Virus record (IMG/VR): IMGVR_UViG_3300030106_006749
Coordinates: 1-34,424 of that record
Source of the DNA: a virus
Taxonomy: Duplodnaviria > Caudoviricetes
Reading direction: 5' to 3' (one strand)
Length of the DNA stretch: 34,424 nt
A program made the position numbers and the translations under genes. Positions 10,667 through 20,391 of this stretch are shown here, piece after piece. Below the pieces are notes generated by a model, which saw only the letters and a program-made list of their open reading frames with translations, did no database searches and was not told where the DNA came from. Position 1 is the stretch's first letter, and the number at the start of each line of letters is the position of its first letter.

Positions 10667-11326
10667 ATGGGATACTTAAATAATGGCGTTGTAACCGTAG
10701 ACGCAATATTAACGAAAAAAGGAAGAGAATTATTAGCAAGAGGTGACGGTTCTTTTAAAATCACTCAATTTGCTTTATCAGACGATGAAATAGATTATAC
10801 CCTATATAATCCTTCACATCCATCTGGTTCTCAGTATTATGGGCAAGCTATAGAAAATATGCCTTTATTAGAAGCTTTTCCTGATGAAACAAAATCATTA
10901 AAATATAAACTAGCTACTCTACCTAGAGGTACTTCAAAACTACCACTATTAGAGGCTGGATATGCTAGTATAGTACTTAAACAAGGAGCTTCATTAGCTA
11001 TAACTCCTCAAACATTAAATTATTTAGGAGCAACTTCTACTTTTGAAAGTGGAGGTTATACTGCAACTATAGCAGACGTTAGAGTACTTTCAAGCTTTAC
11101 AGGTGTTGGAATAAACACAGAAGAAGCCGATACATTAAACGAAACTCAAACTATCGGAACAAATGTATCTAAAACTGTAATTGGTACTTCTATCAACTTA
11201 AGAGCTACCACAGTTAATACATTATTTGGAAGCAGAACTAAACTTCAAACTACTCTTCAAATTATAGGTAGAGATTCAGGAGCTAGAGTTACTATTCCTA
11301 TTACAATTAACAAAGTAAATAACTAA
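10667..11326 (+). CDS. Structural protein with tail-collar-fibre (DUF3751-like) N-terminal motif
   Basis: ILTKKGRELLA...FKITQFALSD resembles the LTxxGxxxLA...ITxxAxGD start of tail-collar fibre domains. Confidence 0.55.
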   Translation: MGYLNNGVVTVDAILTKKGRELLARGDGSFKITQFALSDDEIDYTLYNPSHPSGSQYYGQAIENMPLLEAFPDETKSLKYKLATLPRGTSKLPLLEAGYASIVLKQGASLAITPQTLNYLGATSTFESGGYTATIADVRVLSSFTGVGINTEEADTLNETQTIGTNVSKTVIGTSINLRATTVNTLFGSRTKLQTTLQIIGRDSGARVTIPITINKVNN

Positions 11327-11330
11327 GAAG

Positions 11331-12329
11331 ATGTCGTATAAAAGATTTGATAACGAAGACGTAGTAGTAAGTGCAGAATCAGTAACGGCTCCTTGCTGGA
11401 GTAATAACGTTGTTAATTTACAAAAATTCGAACTTAACTCTACACAAACTGCCGCTACTAGTGGTAAGTACTACTATAACATATATAATACAGGATCTGA
11501 AGTTGCTAACTCAGCAATACAGTTTTCTGTAGCCCATGGAAATAAATTAGGTTTAGGAGCGCCGCTTTACGATGCCTCAGTAACAGGTAAGTCATATAGT
11601 TCTACAGTTTACGGTCAGTTTAGAACTTTAATTTTTGGTGATGAAGAAACTAATTTTACTTTTACTTCTGAAAGCGTAGTACGTACACCAGAAAATGTTT
11701 TATTTTTATCAGTTGAAAGAGCAAGATATAAAGAAAAAATATTCCCAAGTTCTTTATATTTAAAAGTAACAGGTTCTAGCGGTAAAATAATTCATTTAGT
11801 AGATAATAGTCTAACTTCATCAACCGATACGTTTGTTGATTCCGGAAGAGTATATTCTATTTATTCTGGTTCTGGACCTGGAGTAGTAACTGATTCAGCA
11901 ATTGAATACGGTAAATTATTTCCTGATGTAGGGGTAATAGCTTTAGACGGAGATTTATTATCTCAAAGTAACAGAGTACCATTTAACGGTACCGCTTCAA
12001 ACTGGTCTACTACAAGTGCTAACAATCAATTTTTTAAAGCAATAGCATCTGGAAGTAGTTTTAAATTAAGATCTGAAGAAACTGTTTCCTCTAATTATGT
12101 ATTTATTAGAGCTAGAAACAGCGAATTTAATTATTCTAATAATCCATCTAATATAACAGGATCAGGAGAGTTAAGACATAATGTAATGATTGATAATCCT
12201 CAATCGTATATTACAGCAGTCGGCCTGTATAATGATAATAACGACCTACTTGCAGTAGCTAAACTTTCAACTCCTTTAATAAAAGATTTTACTAAAGAGG
12301 CATTGTTAAGGGTCAAACTTGATTATTAA
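11331..12329 (+). CDS. Structural baseplate/tail protein, paralogue of 12333..13292
   Basis: C-terminal EFNYSNNPS...YITAVGLYNDNNDLLAVAKL shared with the next gene. Confidence 0.7.
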   Translation: MSYKRFDNEDVVVSAESVTAPCWSNNVVNLQKFELNSTQTAATSGKYYYNIYNTGSEVANSAIQFSVAHGNKLGLGAPLYDASVTGKSYSSTVYGQFRTLIFGDEETNFTFTSESVVRTPENVLFLSVERARYKEKIFPSSLYLKVTGSSGKIIHLVDNSLTSSTDTFVDSGRVYSIYSGSGPGVVTDSAIEYGKLFPDVGVIALDGDLLSQSNRVPFNGTASNWSTTSANNQFFKAIASGSSFKLRSEETVSSNYVFIRARNSEFNYSNNPSNITGSGELRHNVMIDNPQSYITAVGLYNDNNDLLAVAKLSTPLIKDFTKEALLRVKLDY

Positions 12330-12332
12330 TGA

Positions 12333-13292
12333 ATGAGCGCTTGGAAAAAATTAAATCAGCAAGATGCGTTTGTTACATCTTATGTAGCTAAAAAGTCACA
12401 CCGGGTTAGTGGTAGTTCCGTTTACTTTTATGGAGATCAAAACCCTATAAAATATTATGCTGCCGAAAGACTAGAAGGCAATATCTACTATCCTACAGGC
12501 AGTGATTTATTTTCAGGTTCTTATAAACCTCTAGTACATAGAAGTCTTGAACACCTGTATTATAAAAGTTATGAAAGTAGTTCAGGTACCATTACAGGGT
12601 CATTTGCTGATAACTCAGGATCCTATGACTCTTACGATCATTATTTAGAATCATCATTTTCAGTTTCAGGTTCTAGATTTTTATCAGGTTCTTTAGCGAT
12701 GGTATACTGTATACCTCAAAAACACTTTGGAACTCATATTGAGCCTAATACTTTTAGATTTCATCCTTATCAACTTGGTTTATTAGGTCAGCAAGTATAT
12801 ATCCTTTCACAAGATGATTACGTTAGTGCAAGTTACTTTGCACCAACTTCTGCCGGCTACTATGGAGGATTAGATCCTATTATAGACGATGGAGAAGGTA
12901 ACTTAATGATATCTGAATCTAGTAGAAATAGAGTAGGTAATATAATTTATTCACACGGTCAAATAATTTTAACTGATCAAGACGTAGCAGAATATATGAT
13001 AGCTAGTCAATCAGCTGATTTAAGATGGAAATCAAATCAACCTATTTATACGTATAATTACGACTGTAAGATTTCTGATGATGAATTTAACTTTACTCAA
13101 AATCCTTCAGCATTAACTGGTTCGGATAATCGAATGAGAGATAACGTAACGGGATCAGCATTTGTTCCGTATATTACGTCAGTAGGATTATATAATGATG
13201 CACAAGAATTAATAGCAGTAGGAAAGCTTGGTCAGCCTCTTCCTAAACCTGCTAACACTGAATTGACCATAAAAATAAAATTAGATATATAA
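12333..13292 (+). CDS. Structural baseplate/tail protein, paralogue of 11331..12329
   Basis: EFNFTQNPS...YITSVGLYNDAQELIAVGKL; DDGEGNL...VGNIIYSHG motif. Confidence 0.7.
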   Translation: MSAWKKLNQQDAFVTSYVAKKSHRVSGSSVYFYGDQNPIKYYAAERLEGNIYYPTGSDLFSGSYKPLVHRSLEHLYYKSYESSSGTITGSFADNSGSYDSYDHYLESSFSVSGSRFLSGSLAMVYCIPQKHFGTHIEPNTFRFHPYQLGLLGQQVYILSQDDYVSASYFAPTSAGYYGGLDPIIDDGEGNLMISESSRNRVGNIIYSHGQIILTDQDVAEYMIASQSADLRWKSNQPIYTYNYDCKISDDEFNFTQNPSALTGSDNRMRDNVTGSAFVPYITSVGLYNDAQELIAVGKLGQPLPKPANTELTIKIKLDI

Positions 13293-13293
13293 G

Positions 13294-13821
13294 ATGGCAA
13301 GTTTAACATTAAGAGGTATAAAAGGATCTGGTTTAACTCATAAAGAGGCAGATCAAAACTTCGGTACATTATTTGTTTCAGCTTCTATTACTGGAAGTGG
13401 AGGTAATCTATTATTATTTTCTAGAGGTTCTGGTAGTACTGCTTTCGCTACAGGAAGCGGGGCTGTAACAGCTTCAGTAGGATTAAATTTACAACATATT
13501 ACAAATGTAGGTTCGACTACTACTGATAGTATAACAGCTAATAACTTTATTACAACTTCTGATAAAAGATTAAAATCTCAAATAGTACCTATTGCAAGTG
13601 GATTAGAAGTTATTAAACAATTTTCTTCCTACACATATAAAAAAGCAGGAAAAGCTGATGCTGGTTTTATTGCTCAAGAAGTACAAGAATCTATTCCTTA
13701 CTCAGTACATGAAAATGAGGATGGAGTTTTGACTATGAACGATAGACCCGTACTAGCTCACCTTCATAAGGCTATATTAGAATTAGAAGAAAGGATCAAA
13801 AAACTAGAAGGTAAAGAATAA
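13294..13821 (+). CDS. Short tail fibre with C-terminal peptidase S74 intramolecular chaperone
   Basis: TSDKRLK, GFIAQEVQE and terminal coiled coil AILELEERIKKLE; N-terminal LRGIKGSGLTHKEADQNF fibre-anchor-like motif. Confidence 0.85.
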   Translation: MASLTLRGIKGSGLTHKEADQNFGTLFVSASITGSGGNLLLFSRGSGSTAFATGSGAVTASVGLNLQHITNVGSTTTDSITANNFITTSDKRLKSQIVPIASGLEVIKQFSSYTYKKAGKADAGFIAQEVQESIPYSVHENEDGVLTMNDRPVLAHLHKAILELEERIKKLEGKE

Positions 13822-13827
13822 CATGAT

Positions 13828-14658
13828 ATGGCCGTTCGCACTGATGGAGCTTTCAACATGTTCTCAGCTAGCGCTGCAGACACACATTCTATAGAATTTA
13901 ATCTATCGAAATCTCTGGCTACCATTATGAACACCATTACTGGAAGTTCCTTTAATGAATTTATATCTGCTTCTCTTTATCCTCATTATGATCCTAACTA
14001 TGCCGGTAACGTACAAGACCCGGTTATTAGTTATGTTTCAGCATCTTTACAGTGGAGAAACTATCCTTTAACTCCTACTCAAACTAGTACTGCTACACAA
14101 ACACCAACTCCTACTACTACTCCAACTAATACAGCAACCAATACACCAACTCCTACACCGACTATAACAGTTACTCCTTCTGAAACTCCTCCGGTATCGG
14201 GTACTCCTACTAGCACACCAACTCCTACTACTACTCCAACAATCTCTGATACTCCTGCTGTAACTCCTACTCCAACTAATACTCCTACAGTAACTATTAC
14301 TAATACTCCTACAAAAACTCCTACACAAACACCAACTGGAACTAGACAAGCTACTCCTACCCCTACCCCTACAGTATCTGGAGGACAGTCTAGATGGGAA
14401 GTAAATTTATGTTTTGGAGGTAGTCCAGGAGGAACTATACACTATTTATCTAAGACACAGTATTGTAATGGTGGCACTATAACCTCTATGGGAGCAGGAT
14501 CATTTAGTGCAGGAGATTACGTACAGTTTAGAGTAAATGCATCAGGTTGTACTGGAACTACTTTCTGTGGACAGATATCAGATGTAGGTGATGGAAGTAT
14601 AACCGGTTTGATAAGTAGTTTAAGTAAACCAAGTAACTGTAGCGATGCTATGTGTTAG
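13828..14658 (+). CDS. Thr-Pro-rich fibre/appendage protein with Cys-rich C-terminal domain
   Basis: About 105-aa TPT linker; N-terminus homologous to the next gene ([14 protein letters not shown]...FISASL). Confidence 0.75.
   Translation: MAVRTDGAFNMFSASAADTHSIEFNLSKSLATIMNTITGSSFNEFISASLYPHYDPNYAGNVQDPVISYVSASLQWRNYPLTPTQTSTATQTPTPTTTPTNTATNTPTPTPTITVTPSETPPVSGTPTSTPTPTTTPTISDTPAVTPTPTNTPTVTITNTPTKTPTQTPTGTRQATPTPTPTVSGGQSRWEVNLCFGGSPGGTIHYLSKTQYCNGGTITSMGAGSFSAGDYVQFRVNASGCTGTTFCGQISDVGDGSITGLISSLSKPSNCSDAMC
14068..14376 (+). repeat. Low-complexity Thr-Pro codon repeats (ACT CCT/ACA CCA)
   Basis: Degenerate TPT repeats in DNA and protein. Confidence 0.85.
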
Positions 14659-14670
14659 TAAATAAAGATT

Positions 14671-17574
14671 ATGAGTACAGTACCTTCAGGTAGTAATTTT
14701 AATATGTATTCAGCAAGTGCTGCTGATACTCACTCTATACACTATAATGTATCAAGATCTCTTCAAGGTATAATATCAGCATTTTCTGCTTCTAACTTTA
14801 ATCAATTTATATCAGCTTCTTTAACTGAGGATTTCCTCGATGGTATTTTATCTGGCTCTTTATCTTCATCTTTAGTAATATCCTCTTCAAAACAATATAT
14901 AGGTTTTCCTATAACTAATACTCCAACCAATACCGTTACTGTTACCCCTTCAGTAACAGCAGGAGCTTCAGCTACTCCTACTGCAACACCAACAAGTACA
15001 CCAACTTTAACTCCTACCTCTACTCCAACAGTCACAGCAGCAGCAACTGTAACTCCAACCCTTACTCCTTCAAGTACTTCAACTCCTTCTAATACACCAA
15101 CGTTAACTCCTACTATATCTGATACTCCTACTAATACGCCTACAGCTACTCCTACTAATACAGTAACACCTACTCCTACTGATCCTTTAGATAGCGTTAA
15201 TGTAAGAATATCTGTAAGTGCTTCTTCTGCTTGTAACTCAGGGGAAGGAACATCTGCAGTTATTACTATATTTGATCAACCTAGTTTACAAAATGGAGAT
15301 ATACTTTATTCTTCTTCTAATGCCTCTTCGTTTATAACTTTTAATCATTTACAAACTCTACTATCTACAGGTGCTAATACTATATTTATGTCATCAGGTA
15401 GTACGGTATTTACTTTAAACCCTACAGGGTCTAATTCTTATATTTTATCAACTGGGACATGTCCTACTCCAACTCCTACTGTAACTCCTACTAAAACTAT
15501 TACTCCTACTAATACTGTTACACCCTCTAATACACCTACTAATACTGTTACTATAACCCCTACTAGTACTGCAACATCAACTGCTACTCCAACCCCAACA
15601 CCATCTCCTTCTAATCCGTTAGATGCTTCTAACTATAGATTAGCAACTAGCGCTTCAGCGGCATGTCATTCAGGAGAAGGACCTGGAGTTACTATAGCTA
15701 TATTTGATGCTGATCAACCATTAGAGACAGGAGAGATACTATACCAGGATTCTGGAGGAACTGATTTTTGGACTTTTTCTGAACTACAAGCACTAGTTAC
15801 ATCATCAGCAAGTACTTTATTTGTACAATCAGGTAGTACAGTATTTACTATAAATGCTACAGGCTCTAATAGTTTCGTTTCAGCTTCTGGAGCATGTCCT
15901 ACACCAACACCTACCCCTACTGCATCTCCTACTCAAACTGCTACTAATACTCCTACCGCATCACCAACTGCTACCTCTACAGTTACTCCTACTATATCTG
16001 ATACACCAACTAGTACTCCAACAAATACGCCTACTAAGACTGCTACATCTACTGTAACTCCTACTATATCTAATACACCGACTAATACTCCTACTGAAAC
16101 CCCAACCAATACACCTACTAAAACCGTTACGCCAACTGTTACTCCAACAATATCTGATACACCTACTAATACACCTACTAATACACCGAGTAGTACTGCA
16201 GGAGTAACTCCTACACCAACTAGTACTGTAACTCCTACTAATACTGCTACCGTTACACCTACTATATCTGATACCCCTACTTCAACTCCTACTGTTACTC
16301 CAACTATATCGGATACACCTACAAATACTCCAACTGAAACTCCTACTAATACTGTAACTCCTTCAAATACTCCAACTAATACTCCAACTAATACTCCAAC
16401 TAATACCTCTACAAGTACTCCTACTGTTACTCCGACAACAACAACTGCTACACCAACAGCAACTCCTTCTCCTACAACAACAACTGCTACCCCTACTGCT
16501 ACTCCTACCATTACACCAACTAGCACAGTAACACCTACAGTAACTACAGCTACTCCTACACCAACTAGTACTCCGACTAATACTACAGCTACACCTACAG
16601 CAACTCCGACTAGTACTACGGCTACTCCTACAGCAACTCCATCACCTACTACAACAACCGCTACTCCTACACCAACTAATACGGCAACTCCTTCTCCTAC
16701 AGTTGCTACACATACTATTACTATATATACAACTGATGCAAGTTGGGATTACTCACAAGCCGGTGATACGAATGCAACAAATGCATGTAGTGCAATAACT
16801 ACAGGTAATTACGGTTATTCAGTTACTTTAATTAAGCATTCTAGTAATGATGGTTCAAATGCTTATCCTGAAGATAAAGATCATATCTTACAAGGAGGTC
16901 AAACTATTTACGGAGGGTATTATGGTTTCTCAGGTAACCTAGGAAGCGGTCCTGATAACTATTGGTTCGTCTATACAGATGCGGGTAACGGAAGAGTAGA
17001 ATCCGATATGACATTATGTAGCAGTACTACACCAACACCTACTATATCTGATACACCAACTAGTACTCCAACTAATACTCCTACGTTTACTCCTACTTTA
17101 ACTAAAACGCCTACTGCAACACCAACTAGTACTACGGCTACTCCTACTGCAACACCGTCTCCTACTACAACTACGGCTACTCCTACCGCAACACCTACTA
17201 GTACTACAGCTACGCCTACACCAACTAGTACCCCTACCGTAACACCAACCGATACTCCAGCTGTTACCCCTACCAAGACGGTAACACCTTCACCAAGTAG
17301 CTGTCCTACTCTGTACTCAGTAAGTTATGCTGAAGTAAATGTATCAGGTAATACTTATTCTGATGCATGTGATGAGTACGATATATCATGTGCAGGTACA
17401 GTAACTGGTTATACTACCTCACCTTTAGGATTGGTAGCAGGAGAAGTATTGTATAGAACAAATAACTGTAGCCAGCCTAGAGCAAATAAATTTGCATATG
17501 ATGGAAGTGGAACAGCATTTCAAACTAATGCTTATGGAGTATTAAGTGCAGTTGGAGTATGTCCTGCATGTTAA
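14671..17574 (+). CDS. Large mucin-like Thr-Pro-rich fibre protein with four Cys-flanked globular domains
   Basis: 967 aa; TPT tracts separate domains; domains 1 and 2 are clear paralogues (SACxSGEG...GxILY...SGSTVFT.N.TGSNS...C). Confidence 0.8.
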   Translation: MSTVPSGSNFNMYSASAADTHSIHYNVSRSLQGIISAFSASNFNQFISASLTEDFLDGILSGSLSSSLVISSSKQYIGFPITNTPTNTVTVTPSVTAGASATPTATPTSTPTLTPTSTPTVTAAATVTPTLTPSSTSTPSNTPTLTPTISDTPTNTPTATPTNTVTPTPTDPLDSVNVRISVSASSACNSGEGTSAVITIFDQPSLQNGDILYSSSNASSFITFNHLQTLLSTGANTIFMSSGSTVFTLNPTGSNSYILSTGTCPTPTPTVTPTKTITPTNTVTPSNTPTNTVTITPTSTATSTATPTPTPSPSNPLDASNYRLATSASAACHSGEGPGVTIAIFDADQPLETGEILYQDSGGTDFWTFSELQALVTSSASTLFVQSGSTVFTINATGSNSFVSASGACPTPTPTPTASPTQTATNTPTASPTATSTVTPTISDTPTSTPTNTPTKTATSTVTPTISNTPTNTPTETPTNTPTKTVTPTVTPTISDTPTNTPTNTPSSTAGVTPTPTSTVTPTNTATVTPTISDTPTSTPTVTPTISDTPTNTPTETPTNTVTPSNTPTNTPTNTPTNTSTSTPTVTPTTTTATPTATPSPTTTTATPTATPTITPTSTVTPTVTTATPTPTSTPTNTTATPTATPTSTTATPTATPSPTTTTATPTPTNTATPSPTVATHTITIYTTDASWDYSQAGDTNATNACSAITTGNYGYSVTLIKHSSNDGSNAYPEDKDHILQGGQTIYGGYYGFSGNLGSGPDNYWFVYTDAGNGRVESDMTLCSSTTPTPTISDTPTSTPTNTPTFTPTLTKTPTATPTSTTATPTATPSPTTTTATPTATPTSTTATPTPTSTPTVTPTDTPAVTPTKTVTPSPSSCPTLYSVSYAEVNVSGNTYSDACDEYDISCAGTVTGYTTSPLGLVAGEVLYRTNNCSQPRANKFAYDGSGTAFQTNAYGVLSAVGVCPAC
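15895..16705 (+). repeat. Long degenerate Thr-Pro repeat tract ([17 protein letters not shown] units)
   Basis: About 270 codons of TPT repeats; 35-nt exact match between 15988-16022 and 17038-17072. Confidence 0.85.
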
Positions 17575-17576
17575 AG

Positions 17577-17610
17577 TTGGTTATTTAAAATATTTTAATT
17601 AAATTATAAT
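17577..17610 (+). promoter_or_regulatory. Putative sigma70-like early/middle promoter (TTGGTT-17-TAAATT; TATAAT also at 17605)
   Basis: Intergenic; same AGTTG...17-nt architecture as upstream of primase. Confidence 0.4.
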
Positions 17611-17611
17611 T

Positions 17612-18100
17612 ATGGTTACACTACCAACATGGACTTACAAAGGTTTACTTATAACTAGTATAGACGATATGCCTAAAGGCACTTACGGATTTATTTATAA
17701 AGTTGTACATAAAACCTCAGGAAAAAAGTATATAGGAAAAAAAGTACTATATTTTGAAAGAAATAAAAGACTAGGGAAAAGAGCTCTAGAAGCATTAAAA
17801 GAAGAGAGAGCAAAGAAGGGTATCAAAGGTAGAGTACCCTTAAAACAGAAAGTAATTACCGAATCAGATTGGAAAGATTATTATGGCTCTCATGCTGAAA
17901 TAAAAAAACTACTTGAAAAGGATGGACCTATGTCTTTTACTAAACAAATATTGTCGTATGTTAAAAGTAAGAAAGAACTAACTTATTATGAATGTAAAGA
18001 GCTATTTATAAATGAAGTACTAGAAAGAGACAACGAATATATTAACGATAATATATTAGGTAAATTCTATAGAAAAGACTTTTTAAATGAAATTAACTGA
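17612..18100 (+). CDS. GIY-YIG family endonuclease-like protein
   Basis: GFIY-x9-KYIGKK motif, ESDWKDYYGS, and conserved E and N (YINDNI). Confidence 0.75.
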   Translation: MVTLPTWTYKGLLITSIDDMPKGTYGFIYKVVHKTSGKKYIGKKVLYFERNKRLGKRALEALKEERAKKGIKGRVPLKQKVITESDWKDYYGSHAEIKKLLEKDGPMSFTKQILSYVKSKKELTYYECKELFINEVLERDNEYINDNILGKFYRKDFLNEIN

Positions 18101-18722
18101 TATTATATTAAGAGAAGGAGTTGAAAAAAGAATGATCAACTATCTAGATGATCTACACTCTAATAGACGAACTATTAGCGTTACTGATTTCATGAAGGAG
18201 TTCGGAGTAGATAAACAAGAAGCTATAGATTTTATTCATAAATGGAATGTAAGTAAGGTAGATCGTTCTGTAATGGAAGATGGCCACGGAGATGGTTATG
18301 AAGAAGGTAACATAAAACTTATGGGTGATATAATTTTGCCTATAGGTAAAGAAATGGTTCTTCAAGCTGAAGAAGATAAGTACAATAGAGGTCTTTTAGT
18401 TACTAATAATGAAGATAAGAGTTACGATGTTGCATATTGGGCTGATAAATTTGAACCTTATCCAATAGAAGTAGAAATAGACGGTAAATCAGTTGCTAAA
18501 GAAGCTAAGGTAATTAAATTATTATTCCACCCAGAAATGGATGAAGGAAGAAGTTTATCTGAACCTAGCGATGAAATGGAAAAAGTAATCGACTCAGGAA
18601 TAAGAATCAGTGGTGATATGGATAATATTAAAGATGTTATGTACTACGTACACAATAATTGGATGGGAGGAGATATATCAGCAGAAGAAGCTATGAAAAA
18701 AATTAGTAAATATATAAGATGA
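18087..18722 (+). CDS. Hypothetical modular protein with MKLTDIILRE leader
   Basis: Leader motif plus internal VME and MDE junctions. Confidence 0.7.
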   Translation: MKLTDIILREGVEKRMINYLDDLHSNRRTISVTDFMKEFGVDKQEAIDFIHKWNVSKVDRSVMEDGHGDGYEEGNIKLMGDIILPIGKEMVLQAEEDKYNRGLLVTNNEDKSYDVAYWADKFEPYPIEVEIDGKSVAKEAKVIKLLFHPEMDEGRSLSEPSDEMEKVIDSGIRISGDMDNIKDVMYYVHNNWMGGDISAEEAMKKISKYIR

Positions 18723-19504
18723 TTAAATTACAGGAAATAGTTGGATACCCGTCTTTACAATATCATATTGATAATAATCTTTCTTTACATGAGCATGTCT
18801 ACCGCTATTCTAGCGAAGGCTTTATAAATTTATTTAAAGAAGCTAGAGAGGCTCATAGAGACGGTAAAATACAGCTTAACGAACAAGATAAGTATTTAAT
18901 AGAGAATACTGATATAGGAGAATATGGAGAGTATAATGGTATGACGGTACCTTTAGATTTACCTATGGTTTCTCCTAAATACAATCCTCTGTTTGAAATC
19001 GGTTGTGTCATTGATGAAATGTTTGAAAACGAAGACATAATTGATGAAGCAGCTTCTTTAGACGAAATGGTCGATTACGATCTAGTAAAAGAATTAGTAG
19101 AGTCTATAGGGGGTAACATAAACATGGAAAGATTTAGAAAAGCAGTTTCAATTCAAAACGAAACATTTGATTATAATGGTTTTGATATGCTTAAAGCTAG
19201 TGTTGATTACATACCCGAAGCTGAGTACAGAGGTAAAAAGGTACAACTTAATAAACCTAAAAGAGGCGGAAGTAAAAAGTTTTACGTATATGTAAAGTCT
19301 AAAAAAGGTAACGTTAAGAAAGTATCATTTGGAGATACCGGATTATCGGTTAAATTAAAAAAGAGAGGAGCAAGAGCATCTTTCGCTGCACGTCATAAAT
19401 GTGCTCAAAAGAAAGATAAAACTAAAGCAGGATACTGGTCTTGTAACATAGGACGTTATTGGAAATCATTAGGAGGAAGCTCTAACTTTTCAGGATATTG
19501 GTAA
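18719..19504 (+). CDS. Hypothetical protein: acidic N-terminal part plus basic C-terminal module (AEYRGKKVQLNKP...SFAARHKC...YWSC) of a type seen in marine T4-like phages
   Basis: ATGA coupling; sharp acidic-to-basic switch at YIPE/AEY. Confidence 0.7.
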   Translation: MIKLQEIVGYPSLQYHIDNNLSLHEHVYRYSSEGFINLFKEAREAHRDGKIQLNEQDKYLIENTDIGEYGEYNGMTVPLDLPMVSPKYNPLFEIGCVIDEMFENEDIIDEAASLDEMVDYDLVKELVESIGGNINMERFRKAVSIQNETFDYNGFDMLKASVDYIPEAEYRGKKVQLNKPKRGGSKKFYVYVKSKKGNVKKVSFGDTGLSVKLKKRGARASFAARHKCAQKKDKTKAGYWSCNIGRYWKSLGGSSNFSGYW

Positions 19505-19505
19505 A

Positions 19506-20129
19506 ATGAAAATAAAAGATATTTTGTTCGAACAGAAAGAATTTAAGTTATTAGAATTGCCTTATAAATATAATGCATTAGAACCTCATATAGATAAAGA
19601 AACTATGGAGGAGCATCATAATAAGCATTTAAAAGGATATGTTACTAAATTAAATAAAGCTTTAAAAGGCAAATTTATTCCCCTATCTGATATATTTGAT
19701 AACATTGATCAGTATGACGACGCTGTTAGAAATAATGCAGGAGGTGTATATAACCATAACTTATATTTTAATTTATTATCTCCTAAACCTGAAAAGGAGC
19801 CTGTAGGAGAATTAAAAGAAGAAATAGAAAATTATTTTGGTTCTTATAATGATTTTAAAGAAAAATTTAAAGAAGCAGGATTAGGTCAATTCGGTTCAGG
19901 TTGGGCTTGGTTAATATTTGATAATGGTGAATTAAAAATATCTTCTACTCCTAATCAAGACAACCCATTAATGAGTAAAGAAGGAAAGGTTATCATAGGT
20001 ATGGATGTTTGGGAACATGCATACTATCTAAAACATAAAAGCCAAAGAGGTGATTATATCGATGATTTTTTCGAAGTGCTAGATTGGAATAAAGCTGAAG
20101 AAAATTATCAGAATATAATTAATGGCTAA
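19506..20129 (+). CDS. sodA: Superoxide dismutase, Fe/Mn family, Mn-type signature
   Basis: LPYKYNALEPHI, HHNKH, NNAGGVYNH, FGSGWAWL, NQDNP and DVWEHAYY; all four metal ligands present; GG and NQD indicate Mn type. Confidence 0.95.
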   Translation: MKIKDILFEQKEFKLLELPYKYNALEPHIDKETMEEHHNKHLKGYVTKLNKALKGKFIPLSDIFDNIDQYDDAVRNNAGGVYNHNLYFNLLSPKPEKEPVGELKEEIENYFGSYNDFKEKFKEAGLGQFGSGWAWLIFDNGELKISSTPNQDNPLMSKEGKVIIGMDVWEHAYYLKHKSQRGDYIDDFFEVLDWNKAEENYQNIING

Positions 20130-20391
20130 TCCCTATAACGAAATAATTAACGAAAAAGAAGGATACGTTTTAAGAGAGTTTTCTTACGATACACCTTCGT
20201 TTGAATATGTTTGGCACAGAGATAAGGAGGATAGGTATATACAGGCTACACACAATACTGATTGGAAGTTTCAACTGGATAATGAATTTCCTCAAGAATT
20301 AACAAAAAACAAACTATTTATACCAAAGGAAACATACCATCGGCTCATTAAAGGAACTGGTGATTTGGAGCTTAAAATTTATAAATTATGA
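20122..20391 (+). CDS. Small cupin-like protein
   Basis: WHRDKEDR (motif 1) and FIPKETYHRL (motif 2); 89 aa. Confidence 0.65.
   Translation: MANPYNEIINEKEGYVLREFSYDTPSFEYVWHRDKEDRYIQATHNTDWKFQLDNEFPQELTKNKLFIPKETYHRLIKGTGDLELKIYKL

Noticed and set aside
14068-17276. Minus-strand Val/Gly-rich ORFs (14802-15035, 15933-16526, 16971-17276) and Ser/Arg-rich ORF 14068-14349
   Set aside because: Antisense shadows of Thr-Pro codon repeats, which lack stops on the opposite strand
15895-17290. Repetitive DNA considered as a CRISPR array or DGR template/variable repeat
   Set aside because: Repeats are codon-degenerate within an open frame, with no constant repeat-spacer period, no adenine-specific mismatch pattern and no reverse transcriptase in the window
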